Source of the DNA: an uncultured Methylomirabilota bacterium
GTDB lineage: Bacteria; Methylomirabilota; Methylomirabilia; Methylomirabilales; 2-02-FULL-66-22
Length of the DNA stretch: 64,000 nucleotides
Assembly (NCBI GenBank): GCA_963705305.1
Contig: OY970067.1
Coordinates: 2,304,001 to 2,368,000, forward strand
Direction of reading: 5' to 3'
Shown: positions 19,958 to 28,538 of the stretch, piece by piece
How the letters are laid out: the number at the start of each line of letters is the position of its first letter
Position numbering within the stretch: the first letter of the stretch is position 1
Translations under genes and position numbers: made by a program
The notes under the pieces: generated by a model
Seen by the model: the letters and a program-made list of their open reading frames with translations, nothing else
Told to the model about the DNA's origin: nothing
The model's database searches: none

Positions 19958-20154
19958 CAGGCTCCTCCTTTCAGATCAGCATTCATGTTAATCCCGGCAC
20001 GCATCGCGGCACGGCCCTGCCGTGCCTGCCAACGCGCGCAAGCATAAGTCACGCGACCCTCCAGTTCAAGAAAAAAACCCGTCCCTCCTGGGGCCGGCGG
20101 GCGCGTTCCAGCCCCCGGACGTGTGATGGTCGTCTCCTCCGTTTCCTCCTTGGG

Positions 20155-20808
20155 TTAGCTCTCCCCCTGGGCGGCCGGCGAACGGCAGTAGCGCTCGGCG
20201 ACGCCCGCTGCAAAGGCGTTGATGGGCCCCATGAGGCTGGCTTGCCTCCCCGGGTTTCCTCGAAACAGGATCTCGAATGTCAGCGTGCCTGCCACGAAGC
20301 CTGCGATGGCGCAGGCCAGGTCCCTGGCCTCGTCGTTTTCGAGTTGGGCCTCTCCCAGGATGCGTCGGCACTCCTCTATCAGAAAGCGCACGTAGCGACG
20401 ATATTCTTCCCGGAGATGGGGACGGCTCTTCGGGTGGAGGACCAGCAGTCCGCGGACTTGATGCAGGAGAACGACCAGGTCGCGGCGCCGGCTCAGGACG
20501 CAGTACTGCCCGTGGATGAAGGCCGCCAGGCGCTCCGCCGGTGTTCCGTCGGCGCCGGCCGTGGTCCGCCCGCCCGCGATCAATTCGTCGAATCCGTGCC
20601 GGATCAGGTGCTGGATCAGGCCCTCCTTGGAATGGAAGTGGGCGTAAAAAGTGCCCTTGCCAACATCGGCGGCTTCGGTGATGTGCTCGACCGTGGTGTC
20701 GTAGTAGCCACGCTGCGCGATGGCTGTCAAGCCCGCGCGCACCAGGTTCTCGAAGCTCTGAATGCGGCGTCGGGAGGCTCGACTTTGTTTGAGTGCGGCT
20801 TCCGCCAT
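20155..20808 (-). CDS. TetR/AcrR family transcriptional regulator
   Basis: GYYDTTVEHITEAADVGKGTFYAHFHSKEGL helix-turn-helix. Confidence 0.93.
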   Translation of the reverse strand: MAEAALKQSRASRRRIQSFENLVRAGLTAIAQRGYYDTTVEHITEAADVGKGTFYAHFHSKEGLIQHLIRHGFDELIAGGRTTAGADGTPAERLAAFIHGQYCVLSRRRDLVVLLHQVRGLLVLHPKSRPHLREEYRRYVRFLIEECRRILGEAQLENDEARDLACAIAGFVAGTLTFEILFRGNPGRQASLMGPINAFAAGVAERYCRSPAAQGES

Positions 20809-20835
20809 GTGGATCTTCCTGGCTCTCCGGTCAAA

Positions 20836-20853
20836 TCCGACCGAATGGTCAGA
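20836..20853. promoter_or_regulatory. Putative TetR operator
   Basis: Imperfect palindrome TCCGACCG-AA-TGGTCAGA just downstream of a minus-strand TTGCGG-N17-TATGGT promoter and upstream of the tetR start. Confidence 0.5.
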
Positions 20854-21049
20854 AATGACTCGACAAACCATACCAGACGAATCCCCCGGCCGCAAGTAAA
20901 AATGCGGGTGTGAGACAGGCGAGGCACCGGCCGCCCGATACAGAATTTCCTGGCGCTTCCACCCTGGGGAAGTGATATTATGCAGCGCCGTCCGGGCTCG
21001 GGTTCGCCGGGGTCGGCGGGGACCCCGCGGTGCCGCGGGTGGCGGCCCG

Positions 21050-21078
21050 GGAACTCATCGACCCGTCAGGGGGTCTAA
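21050..21078 (+). promoter_or_regulatory. ECF-type (sigmaE-like) autoregulatory promoter
   Basis: GGAACT-N17-GTCTAA immediately upstream of the ECF sigma gene. Confidence 0.65.
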
Positions 21079-21080
21079 GC

Positions 21081-21719
21081 ATGCAGGGGGATGACGCGCC
21101 GACGATGGCAGCCGCTCCGGCTGATGATGATCAGCGGCTGGTAGAGCGGGCGCAAGCCGGGGATGCCCGGGCCTTCGAGGCCTTGGTCCGCCGCTACGAG
21201 CGCTGGGTGTTCACGCTGGCCGTACGCATGCTGGACGACCGGGCCGATGCCGAAGATGCTTCCCAGGAGATCTTTCTGAAGGCGCACCGAGGCCTCTCCG
21301 GCTTCGCAGGAGCCTCCCGGTTTTCGACCTGGCTCTATGCCATCGCCAGCCACCACTGTCTGAACTGCCTGGCGGCCCGCACCCGCAGGGCGTCCCTGTC
21401 TGCGGCAACCGGATCGGCCCTCGATGGGACGGATCCGCTGGCGACGGCCGACAGCGTTCCGGACGGATCTCCGCTCCCCGACGCGCTGGTGGAGCAGCGG
21501 GATCTCGGCCGGATCATCCAGACGGAACTGTTGAACCTGACCGAGGACCACCGGTTAATCCTGATCCTGCGAGAGATCCAGGGCATGTCCTACGAGGAGA
21601 TCGCCGAGACGTTAACCCTGGAGCTGGGCACCGTCCGGTCGCGCCTGCACCGCGCCCGGATGGAGTTGAAGACTCGATTGCAGCCCCACTTGACGGAGGG
21701 GGCGGCCCATGACGTGTGA
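21081..21719 (+). CDS. ECF RNA polymerase sigma factor
   Basis: GDARAFEALVRRY, DAEDASQEIFL, FSTWLYAIA, ILREIQGMSYEEIAETL..GTVRSRLHRAR; the start may be the ATG at 21105. Confidence 0.95.
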   Translation: MQGDDAPTMAAAPADDDQRLVERAQAGDARAFEALVRRYERWVFTLAVRMLDDRADAEDASQEIFLKAHRGLSGFAGASRFSTWLYAIASHHCLNCLAARTRRASLSAATGSALDGTDPLATADSVPDGSPLPDALVEQRDLGRIIQTELLNLTEDHRLILILREIQGMSYEEIAETLTLELGTVRSRLHRARMELKTRLQPHLTEGAAHDV

Positions 21720-22869
21720 TGAGGCCCGGGAAGCCTTCTCCGAGCTCTACGACGGGATCCTGAGCGGTTCGCGCCTGGTTGAATTGAGCCGTCACCTGGA
21801 CGGTTGTGCGGCCTGCCGGGCGGAGTGGGACGCCTTTCGAATGACCGTGCGGGGCGTGGCGGGCCTGGGGCTGGAAGAGCCGCCGCTCGACTTCGCCGTC
21901 CGCGTCCGACAGCAGGTCAAAGCGCCCCCATGGTGGACCCGGGCGGCACACGCCATCTTTGTTCCCCTGCGGGTAAAGATTCCGATCCATGCCGCCGCGC
22001 TGGTCGTCCTGGCCCTCGCCGGCCTGCTGGTGTACCAGCGCACCGGGCAGCCGCCGCGCCCCGCCCCGCCGCGCGCGGTCGCCCCGGCCCCCTCGGCTCC
22101 TCCGGCTCCTGCCGCGGCGCCGGCCCCGGTCGAAGCGCCGGCCGCGCCCGCGACGGCTTCCAAGTCTCCGGTTGCCGGCGGGACGGTGAAGCGCATCGAG
22201 CCTGCGCCGCCCCCGCCGTTTCCGACCGTCTCGCCGAAGACGGAGGCAAAACTGCAAGCGCCGTCCCGGATCGAAAAGGCGCAACAGCCGGCTGCACGCG
22301 TGCAGGAATCGGCTCAGGCGGAGCGGCGGGTGGCCGCGCCGGATCTGAGCGCCGGTCCGTCCGCGTCGGAGCAGGCGAAGGTGAATCGCCTTCAGACCGG
22401 GCCGCCGCCCCCGCCGCCCATGCCGGAGGGCATGGCGGCGCGGGCGGAACCCGCCAAGCCGGTGGGCACGATGGCGTCGGCTCCGCCCGCCGCCGGATCC
22501 GCCGACACCCTGTTCTCGGAGGCCATGACCGCCTACGTCCGGCAGGAGTATGAGAAATCGATCGAGGATCTGCGGGCGTTCCTGACGCGGGATCCCACCG
22601 ACCGGCGGGCGGCGGATGCTCGATTCTTCCTGGCGGAAGCATACTTCGCGATCGGCCGATACGCCGACGCCGTGACCGAGTACGGGACCTTCCTGCGCGA
22701 CTATCCCGGCAGCCCCAAAGTGCCCCAGGCGCGGTTCCGGGAAGGGACTGCCCGGCTGGCGGCGGGCGATCGGAGCGGGTGCCAGACGCTCCGCGAGGCG
22801 CTGGAGCGGTACCCCCGGTCGCGGGAGGCGGCGGCCGCCAAGGCGACGCTGGCCGCCCACTGCCCGTAG
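21709..22869 (+). CDS. Zinc-finger (ZAS) anti-sigma factor with TM, Pro-rich linker and C-terminal CpoB/YbgF-like TPR domain
   Basis: HLDGCAAC (HxxxCxxC), TM IHAAALVVLALAGLLVY, TPR motifs AADARFFLAEAYF, YPGSPKVPQARF, LERYPRSREA. Confidence 0.85.
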   Translation: MTCDEAREAFSELYDGILSGSRLVELSRHLDGCAACRAEWDAFRMTVRGVAGLGLEEPPLDFAVRVRQQVKAPPWWTRAAHAIFVPLRVKIPIHAAALVVLALAGLLVYQRTGQPPRPAPPRAVAPAPSAPPAPAAAPAPVEAPAAPATASKSPVAGGTVKRIEPAPPPPFPTVSPKTEAKLQAPSRIEKAQQPAARVQESAQAERRVAAPDLSAGPSASEQAKVNRLQTGPPPPPPMPEGMAARAEPAKPVGTMASAPPAAGSADTLFSEAMTAYVRQEYEKSIEDLRAFLTRDPTDRRAADARFFLAEAYFAIGRYADAVTEYGTFLRDYPGSPKVPQARFREGTARLAAGDRSGCQTLREALERYPRSREAAAAKATLAAHCP

Positions 22870-22920
22870 GCCCGCCGACCCGCTCGTATCGGTCGAACAC
22901 GTCTGCCGCCTCGATCTGTG

Positions 22921-22964
22921 AGTATGCATTGCAAAGTATGTATGCGTGGAGTAAAATGCATACT
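22921..22964 (+). promoter_or_regulatory. vapBC promoter with overlapping operator
   Basis: TTGCAA-N17-TAAAAT flanked by the perfect inverted repeat AGTATGCATT...AATGCATACT. Confidence 0.75.
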
Positions 22965-22992
22965 ACAGCTTGGAACCTGCGAGGAGGGACCC

Positions 22993-23214
22993 ATGAAGGC
23001 GGTGGTGGCTGAACGAGGGCAGGTGACGATCCCGAAGCGGCTGCGGGAGCGGCTGGGCATCCGCCCCGGGACCGTGCTGGAGTTCCGGGAAGAGGCCGAC
23101 CGGCTCGTCGCCGAGAAGGCGGAGGCGGCGGGTGCGCTGGACCGCTGGTACGGCAGTCTCGGGCGCCGCCGGCGGACCGACGACATCATCCGGGCGCTGC
23201 GGGGCGAGCTGTGA
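22993..23214 (+). CDS. vapB: AbrB/MazE/SpoVT-type antitoxin
   Basis: VAERGQVTIPKRLRERLGIRPGTVLEF; RBS GAGGAGG; overlaps the PIN gene (GTGA). Confidence 0.9.
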   Translation: MKAVVAERGQVTIPKRLRERLGIRPGTVLEFREEADRLVAEKAEAAGALDRWYGSLGRRRRTDDIIRALRGEL

Positions 23215-23615
23215 TCACGGCGGTGGATTCGAGCATCCTCATCGATGTGCTGGAGCCCGATCCGGATCATGGGCCCGGGTCCCGGGAGGCGCTCCGCCGC
23301 TGCTCGCGCGAGGGATCCCTGGTGGCCTGTGATGTCGTATGGGCCGAGGTGGCGACCGCCTTCGGGCACGCCCAGGTGCGGGCGGTCGAGGCGCTCCGCG
23401 AGATCGGGATCGCCTATTCGGCCATGAGCGAGGAGGCGGCACTCCGCGCCGCGGAGTGCTGGTATCGGTTCAGGCGACGGTCCGAGGAAAAGGGGCGCAT
23501 CGTGGCCGACTTCCTGGTGGGCGGCCACGCCCTCGTCCAGGCCGACCGGCTGCTCACGCGGGACCGGGGATTCTACCGGGACTACTTCAAGCCGCTCAAG
23601 CTGGTCGTCCCGTAA
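23211..23615 (+). CDS. vapC: PIN-domain toxin
   Basis: AVDSSILIDV, VWAEV, IVADFLVGGHA, LLTRD (acidic PIN residues). Confidence 0.92.
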   Translation: MITAVDSSILIDVLEPDPDHGPGSREALRRCSREGSLVACDVVWAEVATAFGHAQVRAVEALREIGIAYSAMSEEAALRAAECWYRFRRRSEEKGRIVADFLVGGHALVQADRLLTRDRGFYRDYFKPLKLVVP

Positions 23616-23782
23616 CAAGACTACGGACGTCGCGGCCATCGGCCGCGCCCGATGTCCGCCGTGCGGATTTCTGCCCGCCGCTGTCTGGCCCCTTGCCCGG
23701 TCGTGCGTGGTTGGCTGTCAATTTCCCATCCTCCATTCAGCCGCTGCCTCCCGACCGCCCGTCCTCCCGACGACTTCGATTA

Positions 23783-23886
23783 AAGATGAAGAACGCGGCG
23801 ACGTCCCCCTCGAGCCGCGCGCCCACCGACACAGGGGGCGGCCGATTGCTGATGTGTAGCAAGTATAACAAAGAAGCAACGTCCCC
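23783..23886 (-). repeat. Bipartite GGGGACGTTG element, copy A
   Basis: Two 26-nt subunits ending ACGTCCCC at 23808 and 23886; the reverse complement aligns with copies B and C. Confidence 0.6.
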
Positions 23887-24041
23887 TCGGTCACACAAGG
23901 GGACCCGAAGGTTTTTGTACACTCGAATTCAACGGGGCAATTCGGCTTCTGTAGGCGATTGGATGCTGCCGGAACCGCCCTAGTCCGTTACGGTACTTCG
24001 CGCAGTGAGACTGCGTTATCCTTCGGACCAGGAGAACACGA

Positions 24042-24459
24042 ATGAGCAAGGCAATCGAGAATCTGGAGGCGGCACAGAAACGGGCGATGGCCATCCGCCC
24101 CAAGGTCGGCGGCTTCCCCTACGCTCGCGGAGATGTTGCGACGCGCGGGCGTGACGAGAAACATCTGGTCCCTGCCCGCCTGCCAGAGCCTGTTCCTGAC
24201 GAGGGAAGGGCCGGTGGTGATCCAGGGGAAGCCGCTGGCATCAGGCGCCATGGACGTGCCCGCCTTCAACCGCGACGGCTTGATCAAGGCGCTGCGCACC
24301 GATCAGGCCGGGGAGAGCACCTTCCCGGAATTCCTGGCAGCCGCCTGGCGGGCAGGCGTCGTCCGGTACGACGTGGATTTCGCGGCGCGCACCGTCAGCT
24401 ATTGCGGCTGCAACGGCGAGGAGTACGTTGAAGCCTATCCCGCCGTGGACATCGGCTAG
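24042..24459 (+). pseudogene. DUF1398 family protein, +1 frameshift at ~24123 (pseudogene or sequencing error)
   Basis: Removing G24123 joins MSKAIENLEAAQKRAMAIRPKVGGFPY to LAEMLRRAGVTRNIWSLPACQS...LRTDQAGESTFPEFL..WRAGVVRYDVDF. Confidence 0.8.
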
Positions 24460-24524
24460 GGCAGGACGGTCCCGCTCTGGCACCCCTCCACAGCTCGCCG
24501 CCGCGGACGCTGACGTACGTCAAA

Positions 24525-24626
24525 GGGGACGTTGTAACATTAATTACATTGTTTGATGCCGGGCCGCATCCGCCCTCAACTCGAACGTGCTATAGTACAA
24601 GGGGAAGTTGCCTCATTATTCGCATT
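24525..24626 (+). repeat. Bipartite GGGGACGTTG element, copy B
   Basis: GGGGACGTTGTAACATTAATTACATTG...CCGCCC...GGGGAAGTTGCCTC; the first 61 nt are highly similar to 27010-27069. Confidence 0.75.
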
Positions 24627-24966
24627 ACGTGCGAATCTTCAGAGTCCTAACTTTGCGTACGTGACTCGAAAACGTGGATTGGGCCTCGCTTGGGTCGAGC
24701 GCCTGACGATCCGAAGCTTTATACTGAGGGAAGGAATTCGGGGAAGTGGCGGGCTTGACAGCATGCTCACCGGCCCCTCTCACGTCCGTTCATCGCTTGT
24801 CCCGACTGTCGATTGACCCAAGACCCATGCCAGTGGTATCCTGCCGCGCATTTGCCTCCCCATCGTAATGCGGGAGCCGGCCGGTTCTGCGCTGTCAATC
24901 GCAAGGCGCCCCATTGGCCGGCGAGAAAGCCGAGGGTGCGGGTCCCATCACACAAGGAGGATCGTG

Positions 24967-26106
24967 GTGAAGAAGACGATGCGGGTCCTGGTGCTACTGA
25001 TCGTCCCGGCGCTGCTCTGGATATGGGCGCCCCTCTGTGCGGGCGCGGCCGGCGGCGAGATCCTGATCGGGATGGACACCCCGGTCACCGGGGTCAATGC
25101 GGCGAATGGCGCCCTCTGGATCAAGGCGGTGAAACTGGCGGAGAAGCAGCTCAACGCGGCGGGGGGCGTGAACGGGAAGTCGATCCAGGTGGTCGTCAAC
25201 GACGATCAGTCCACGAACCCGGGCGCCCTGGCCGCCGTGAACAAGAGCATCGAGCAGGACAAGGTCCTGGCCCTCCTGGGGCCGACCACCAGCACCCAGA
25301 TCCTGGCGGTGTCCGACACCATCAAGAAGGCGGCGGTCCCGACCCTCGTGGGCGGGAGTGCCGTGGCTGTCACCCACCAGGGCAACCCCTGGCTCTTCCG
25401 GGTCCGGCCGGATGACTCCATCGTGGCGCGGGGGATGGTGAAGTACATCCAGGAGGACATGAAGCTGACCAAGGTCGGGATCCTGCATGACGCCGATGCC
25501 TTCGGGACCGGCGGCGCCGACCTGGTGGAGAGGTACGCCCGGCAGGCCGGCCTCACCGTGGTGAAGCGGGAAAAGTACACCGGAACCGACCGGGATTTCA
25601 CCGCGCAGCTCCTGGCGCTGAAGGAGGCCGGCGCCGAGGTGATGGTGGTCTATGCCACGGCCGGGTCGGCCATCGCCGTGATCCAGCGCCAGTACCGGCA
25701 GCTCGGCTCGCCCTACAAGTTCCTGGGCTCCCCCACCAGCGCGCAGGAGAACACGCTGGCGCTGTCCAAGGAGGCCGCCGAGGGCCTCATCGCCATGATG
25801 GACAACGTGCCGGGCGAGGCGCTGCAGCGGTACGCTGCGGACTACCGGCAGGAGTACCACGAAGACCTGAACACGTTCGCCGCCTTTGACTACGACGCCC
25901 TGATGCTCCTGGCCCACGCCATCAAGGTGGGCGGCGAGGATCGCGGCAGGATCCGCGAGGCCCTCCTGGCCACCAAGGGCTACATGGGCGTCCTGGGGAC
26001 ATACAGCTTCACCCCGAACGGCGACAGCCTCCACACGGCCACCGTGGTCCAAATCGAGCACGGCAAGCCGAAGCTCCTCAAAGTCGTCACCGTCGCCCCG
26101 CAGTAA
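24967..26106 (+). CDS. Branched-chain amino acid type ABC substrate-binding protein (orphan)
   Basis: Signal peptide, LNAAGGVNGKSIQVVVNDDQS, LLGPTTS, PWLFRVRPDD, DFTAQL, YDA, GVLGTYSF; RBS AGGAGG. Confidence 0.9.
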   Translation: MKKTMRVLVLLIVPALLWIWAPLCAGAAGGEILIGMDTPVTGVNAANGALWIKAVKLAEKQLNAAGGVNGKSIQVVVNDDQSTNPGALAAVNKSIEQDKVLALLGPTTSTQILAVSDTIKKAAVPTLVGGSAVAVTHQGNPWLFRVRPDDSIVARGMVKYIQEDMKLTKVGILHDADAFGTGGADLVERYARQAGLTVVKREKYTGTDRDFTAQLLALKEAGAEVMVVYATAGSAIAVIQRQYRQLGSPYKFLGSPTSAQENTLALSKEAAEGLIAMMDNVPGEALQRYAADYRQEYHEDLNTFAAFDYDALMLLAHAIKVGGEDRGRIREALLATKGYMGVLGTYSFTPNGDSLHTATVVQIEHGKPKLLKVVTVAPQ

Positions 26107-26134
26107 GTCCCAGGCGCCGCACCCCAGCCCGCTC

Positions 26135-26166
26135 CGCGACCCGGCAGGGTTCCCTGCCGGGTCGCG
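26135..26166 (+). terminator. Strong hairpin after the binding-protein gene
   Basis: CGCGACCCGGCAGGG-tt-CCCTGCCGGGTCGCG perfect inverted repeat; short U tract. Confidence 0.6.
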
Positions 26167-26288
26167 TTAAGCCGTATTTCACCACATCCGCCGCCGCATG
26201 GCTCACCCGGGACTCCCGCGGGCGCTCCGGGGAGCCCGCCACGACGGGATCCGGCTCACCGCAACGGGCCGCAGACGGCAAAGAGCGG

Positions 26289-26329
26289 TTGACACGGGGT
26301 CGGATATATGCGAGCATACGTATGCATAC
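26289..26329 (+). promoter_or_regulatory. Putative promoter/operator of the second TA module
   Basis: TTGACA at 26289; overlapping palindromes GCATACGTATGC and GTATGCATAC just before the RBS. Confidence 0.55.
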
Positions 26330-26340
26330 AGGAGGAGCCG

Positions 26341-26571
26341 ATGCGGCGCACGACAGTATTTGCGGACGACAGCGTGCTCGACGCGTTGCGCGCGATCGCC
26401 AGACGGCGAGGGATCACACTGGCGGAGGTGACGAGAGAGGCGCTCTCCGCCTATGTCTCCAAGCACCGCGGGGGCCGGAAGCCCTTGAGCATCATCGCCA
26501 TCGGGCGGAGCGGCCGGCGGGACATTGCGGAACGGGCCGAGGAACTCCTCAAGGAAGGGTTTGGCCGCTGA
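26341..26571 (+). CDS. CopG/RHH-type antitoxin
   Basis: MRRTTVFADD..L..IARRRGITLAEVTREAL..Y; the stop overlaps the toxin start. Confidence 0.88.
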   Translation: MRRTTVFADDSVLDALRAIARRRGITLAEVTREALSAYVSKHRGGRKPLSIIAIGRSGRRDIAERAEELLKEGFGR

Positions 26572-26987
26572 TGGCCGGCCTCCTGTTGGACACCGGCGCG
26601 CTCTACGCGCTGGCCGACCGCGACGACCAATGGCACGCCCGGATGGTTGCCGCCTTGGAAGACCACCCGGGCGACCGGATCGTCCCAGTCACGGTGCTGA
26701 CCGAAGCGTGCTACCTTGTCGGCAGCCACCTGGGGATCGCCGCGGAGCGGCGGTTGATTCGGGCGACTCTTGACGGAGAGTTGCTGCTGGAGGGGGTGAT
26801 CTTATCGGACCTGGCGCGAGCCGACCAGGTCCTTCAGAAATATTCGGACGCGAACGTCGGCTTGGTTGACGCTACCGCAGTGGCGATTGCCGAGCGTCTC
26901 GCCATCCGTATCATCCTCACCACCGACCGCAGACACTTCAGCCTCTTTCGCCCCAGGCACTGTCGCGCGTTTGAGCTTCTGCCGTAA
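26571..26987 (+). CDS. vapC: PIN-domain toxin
   Basis: LLDTGALYAL, VLTEACYL, GLVDATAVAIAERL, ILTTDRRHF. Confidence 0.92.
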   Translation: MAGLLLDTGALYALADRDDQWHARMVAALEDHPGDRIVPVTVLTEACYLVGSHLGIAAERRLIRATLDGELLLEGVILSDLARADQVLQKYSDANVGLVDATAVAIAERLAIRIILTTDRRHFSLFRPRHCRAFELLP

Positions 26988-27009
26988 GAGCGGTGTCCGC
27001 TGTCCAGGG

Positions 27010-27090
27010 GGGGACGTTGTAACATAATTACCTTGTTTGATGGCGGGGCACGTCCGCCCTCAAGTCGAATGGCCTGTAGTGCGGGACGAG
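27010..27090 (+). repeat. Bipartite GGGGACGTTG element, copy C
   Basis: GGGGACGTTGTAACATAATTACCTTGTTTGATGGCGGGGCACGTCCGCCCTCAAGTCGAA, with a degenerate second subunit (GGGACG) at ~27083. Confidence 0.75.
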
Positions 27091-27153
27091 TAAAGGCAGA
27101 GGGACCCAGCGATTTTCGCGGTGTCGAGGCGGATCTCTCCTGAGGAGCAGAAC

Positions 27154-27246
27154 ACGGGACGGGCGGAGTTCGCCCCGGGCACGCCGAGGGAGATGCTGAA
27201 GGAGGAGTTTCTGGCCGAGTACGGGCTGTCCCGGAACCAGCTCGAG
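27154..27246 (+). pseudogene. higA: Truncated HigA-type antitoxin remnant
   Basis: RBS GAGGAG, ACG in place of ATG, then ...PGTPREMLKEEFLAEYGLSRNQL (HigA N-terminus pattern PGExLxEEFL..GLSQxQLA); the HTH is missing. Confidence 0.7.
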
Positions 27247-27260
27247 AGAAGGAGAGATCC

Positions 27261-28424
27261 ATGGGCCAGGGCAAGGGGTTCAATCTGCTGAAATGGCACG
27301 ACTGCGCCGGGGGCGGCCAGGTGGTGGTGCAAAACGGCATCGCCTACATCGGCAACATGCGCGACCCCCACGGCACGACGATCATCGACGTTACGGACCC
27401 GCGGCGCCCGACGCCGCTCGCCGAGATCACGATGCCCGCGGGCACCCACTCGCACAAGGTGCGCGTGGCCGGCGATCTCATGATCACGAACCGCGAGATT
27501 CCCTCCTCGGAGGCATTGAAGGGCGGATCGCCGCCCGAGGGGTTCCACGGCGGGCTGTCGATCTACGACATCTCCACGCCCGGCACGCCTCGCCTCATCG
27601 CGGAGTGGGACACCACCGACCGGTGGGTGCCGGGCGGGCCGGCCAGCGGCGTGCACCGCTTTGACTTCGACGGCCGCTACGCCTACATCTCGCCGACGTG
27701 GGACGGCTATGTGGGCAACATCGTAATGATCCTGGACCTCGGCAACCCGGCGCGACCCGAGGAGGTCGGGCGCTGGTGGATGCCGGGCCAGTGGACTGCG
27801 GGGGGCGAGACCCCCACTTGGAAGGGCACGGCGCACCGCTGCCACCATCCGCTGCGCCACGCCAACCGGCTCTACACGAGTTACTGGCACGGCGGCCTCG
27901 TGATCCTCGACATCGAGGACATGGCGAAGCCTAGACTGGTGTCCGGCCTCGACTGGAGCCCGCCATTTCCCTGGCCCACGCACACCGTCCTCCGCATCCC
28001 GTTCAAGCTCGAGAACCGCGATCTTGCCCTGGTGGCCGACGAGGACGTCGAGCGGCTCGCGGGGTGCCCCCCGTATCCCTCCGCCTTCCTGTGGATGGTC
28101 GACATCACCGACGAACGGCACCCGGCGGCGATCTCCTCGTTCCAGATTGAAGGCATCCCGCCCGAGCGACAGCCGTACGCCACAGGCTGCCACCAGCCGT
28201 GCGAGCGAGTCCTGGGCACCGAGATTCCGGTGGCCTGGTTCGCGCACGGGCTGCGCCTGATCGACATCGCGCGGCCGCACGCACCGCGGGAAGTCGCGCA
28301 CTTCCTGCCCGATCCGCCGCCCGGCTCCGACCGCGTGCAGAGCAACAACGTCACCGTGGACGAGCGCGGGATCATCTATCTACTCGACCGCGTGCGCGGG
28401 CTGCACATCCTCGAGCTCGTATAA
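27261..28424 (+). CDS. LVIVD-repeat beta-propeller protein, His-rich
   Basis: Repeats TIIDVTDPRRP, LSIYDISTPGTP, MILDLGNPARPEEVGRW, LVILDIEDMAKP, LRLIDIARPHAP. Confidence 0.85.
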   Translation: MGQGKGFNLLKWHDCAGGGQVVVQNGIAYIGNMRDPHGTTIIDVTDPRRPTPLAEITMPAGTHSHKVRVAGDLMITNREIPSSEALKGGSPPEGFHGGLSIYDISTPGTPRLIAEWDTTDRWVPGGPASGVHRFDFDGRYAYISPTWDGYVGNIVMILDLGNPARPEEVGRWWMPGQWTAGGETPTWKGTAHRCHHPLRHANRLYTSYWHGGLVILDIEDMAKPRLVSGLDWSPPFPWPTHTVLRIPFKLENRDLALVADEDVERLAGCPPYPSAFLWMVDITDERHPAAISSFQIEGIPPERQPYATGCHQPCERVLGTEIPVAWFAHGLRLIDIARPHAPREVAHFLPDPPPGSDRVQSNNVTVDERGIIYLLDRVRGLHILELV

Positions 28425-28538
28425 TGAGGGAGACTCGAAATCGCCCTTCCCACCGGCGTCCGATCACCCACAACCCACCGGTCACCCCGCCCGGCAAATC
28501 CGGCGACTGATCGGGGCTTCCCGCGCCCGTCCCCGTTC

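Noticed and set aside
22040..22500. Apparent GC-rich repeats inside the anti-sigma gene
   Set aside because: Explained by a Pro/Ala-rich linker; no discrete repeat unit.
23783..27090. CRISPR array or integron attC interpretation of the repeats
   Set aside because: There is no regular repeat-spacer period and no cas genes. There are no paired RYYYAAC/GTTRRRY boxes and no integrase; the lone GTTAAGC at 26166 just follows a hairpin.
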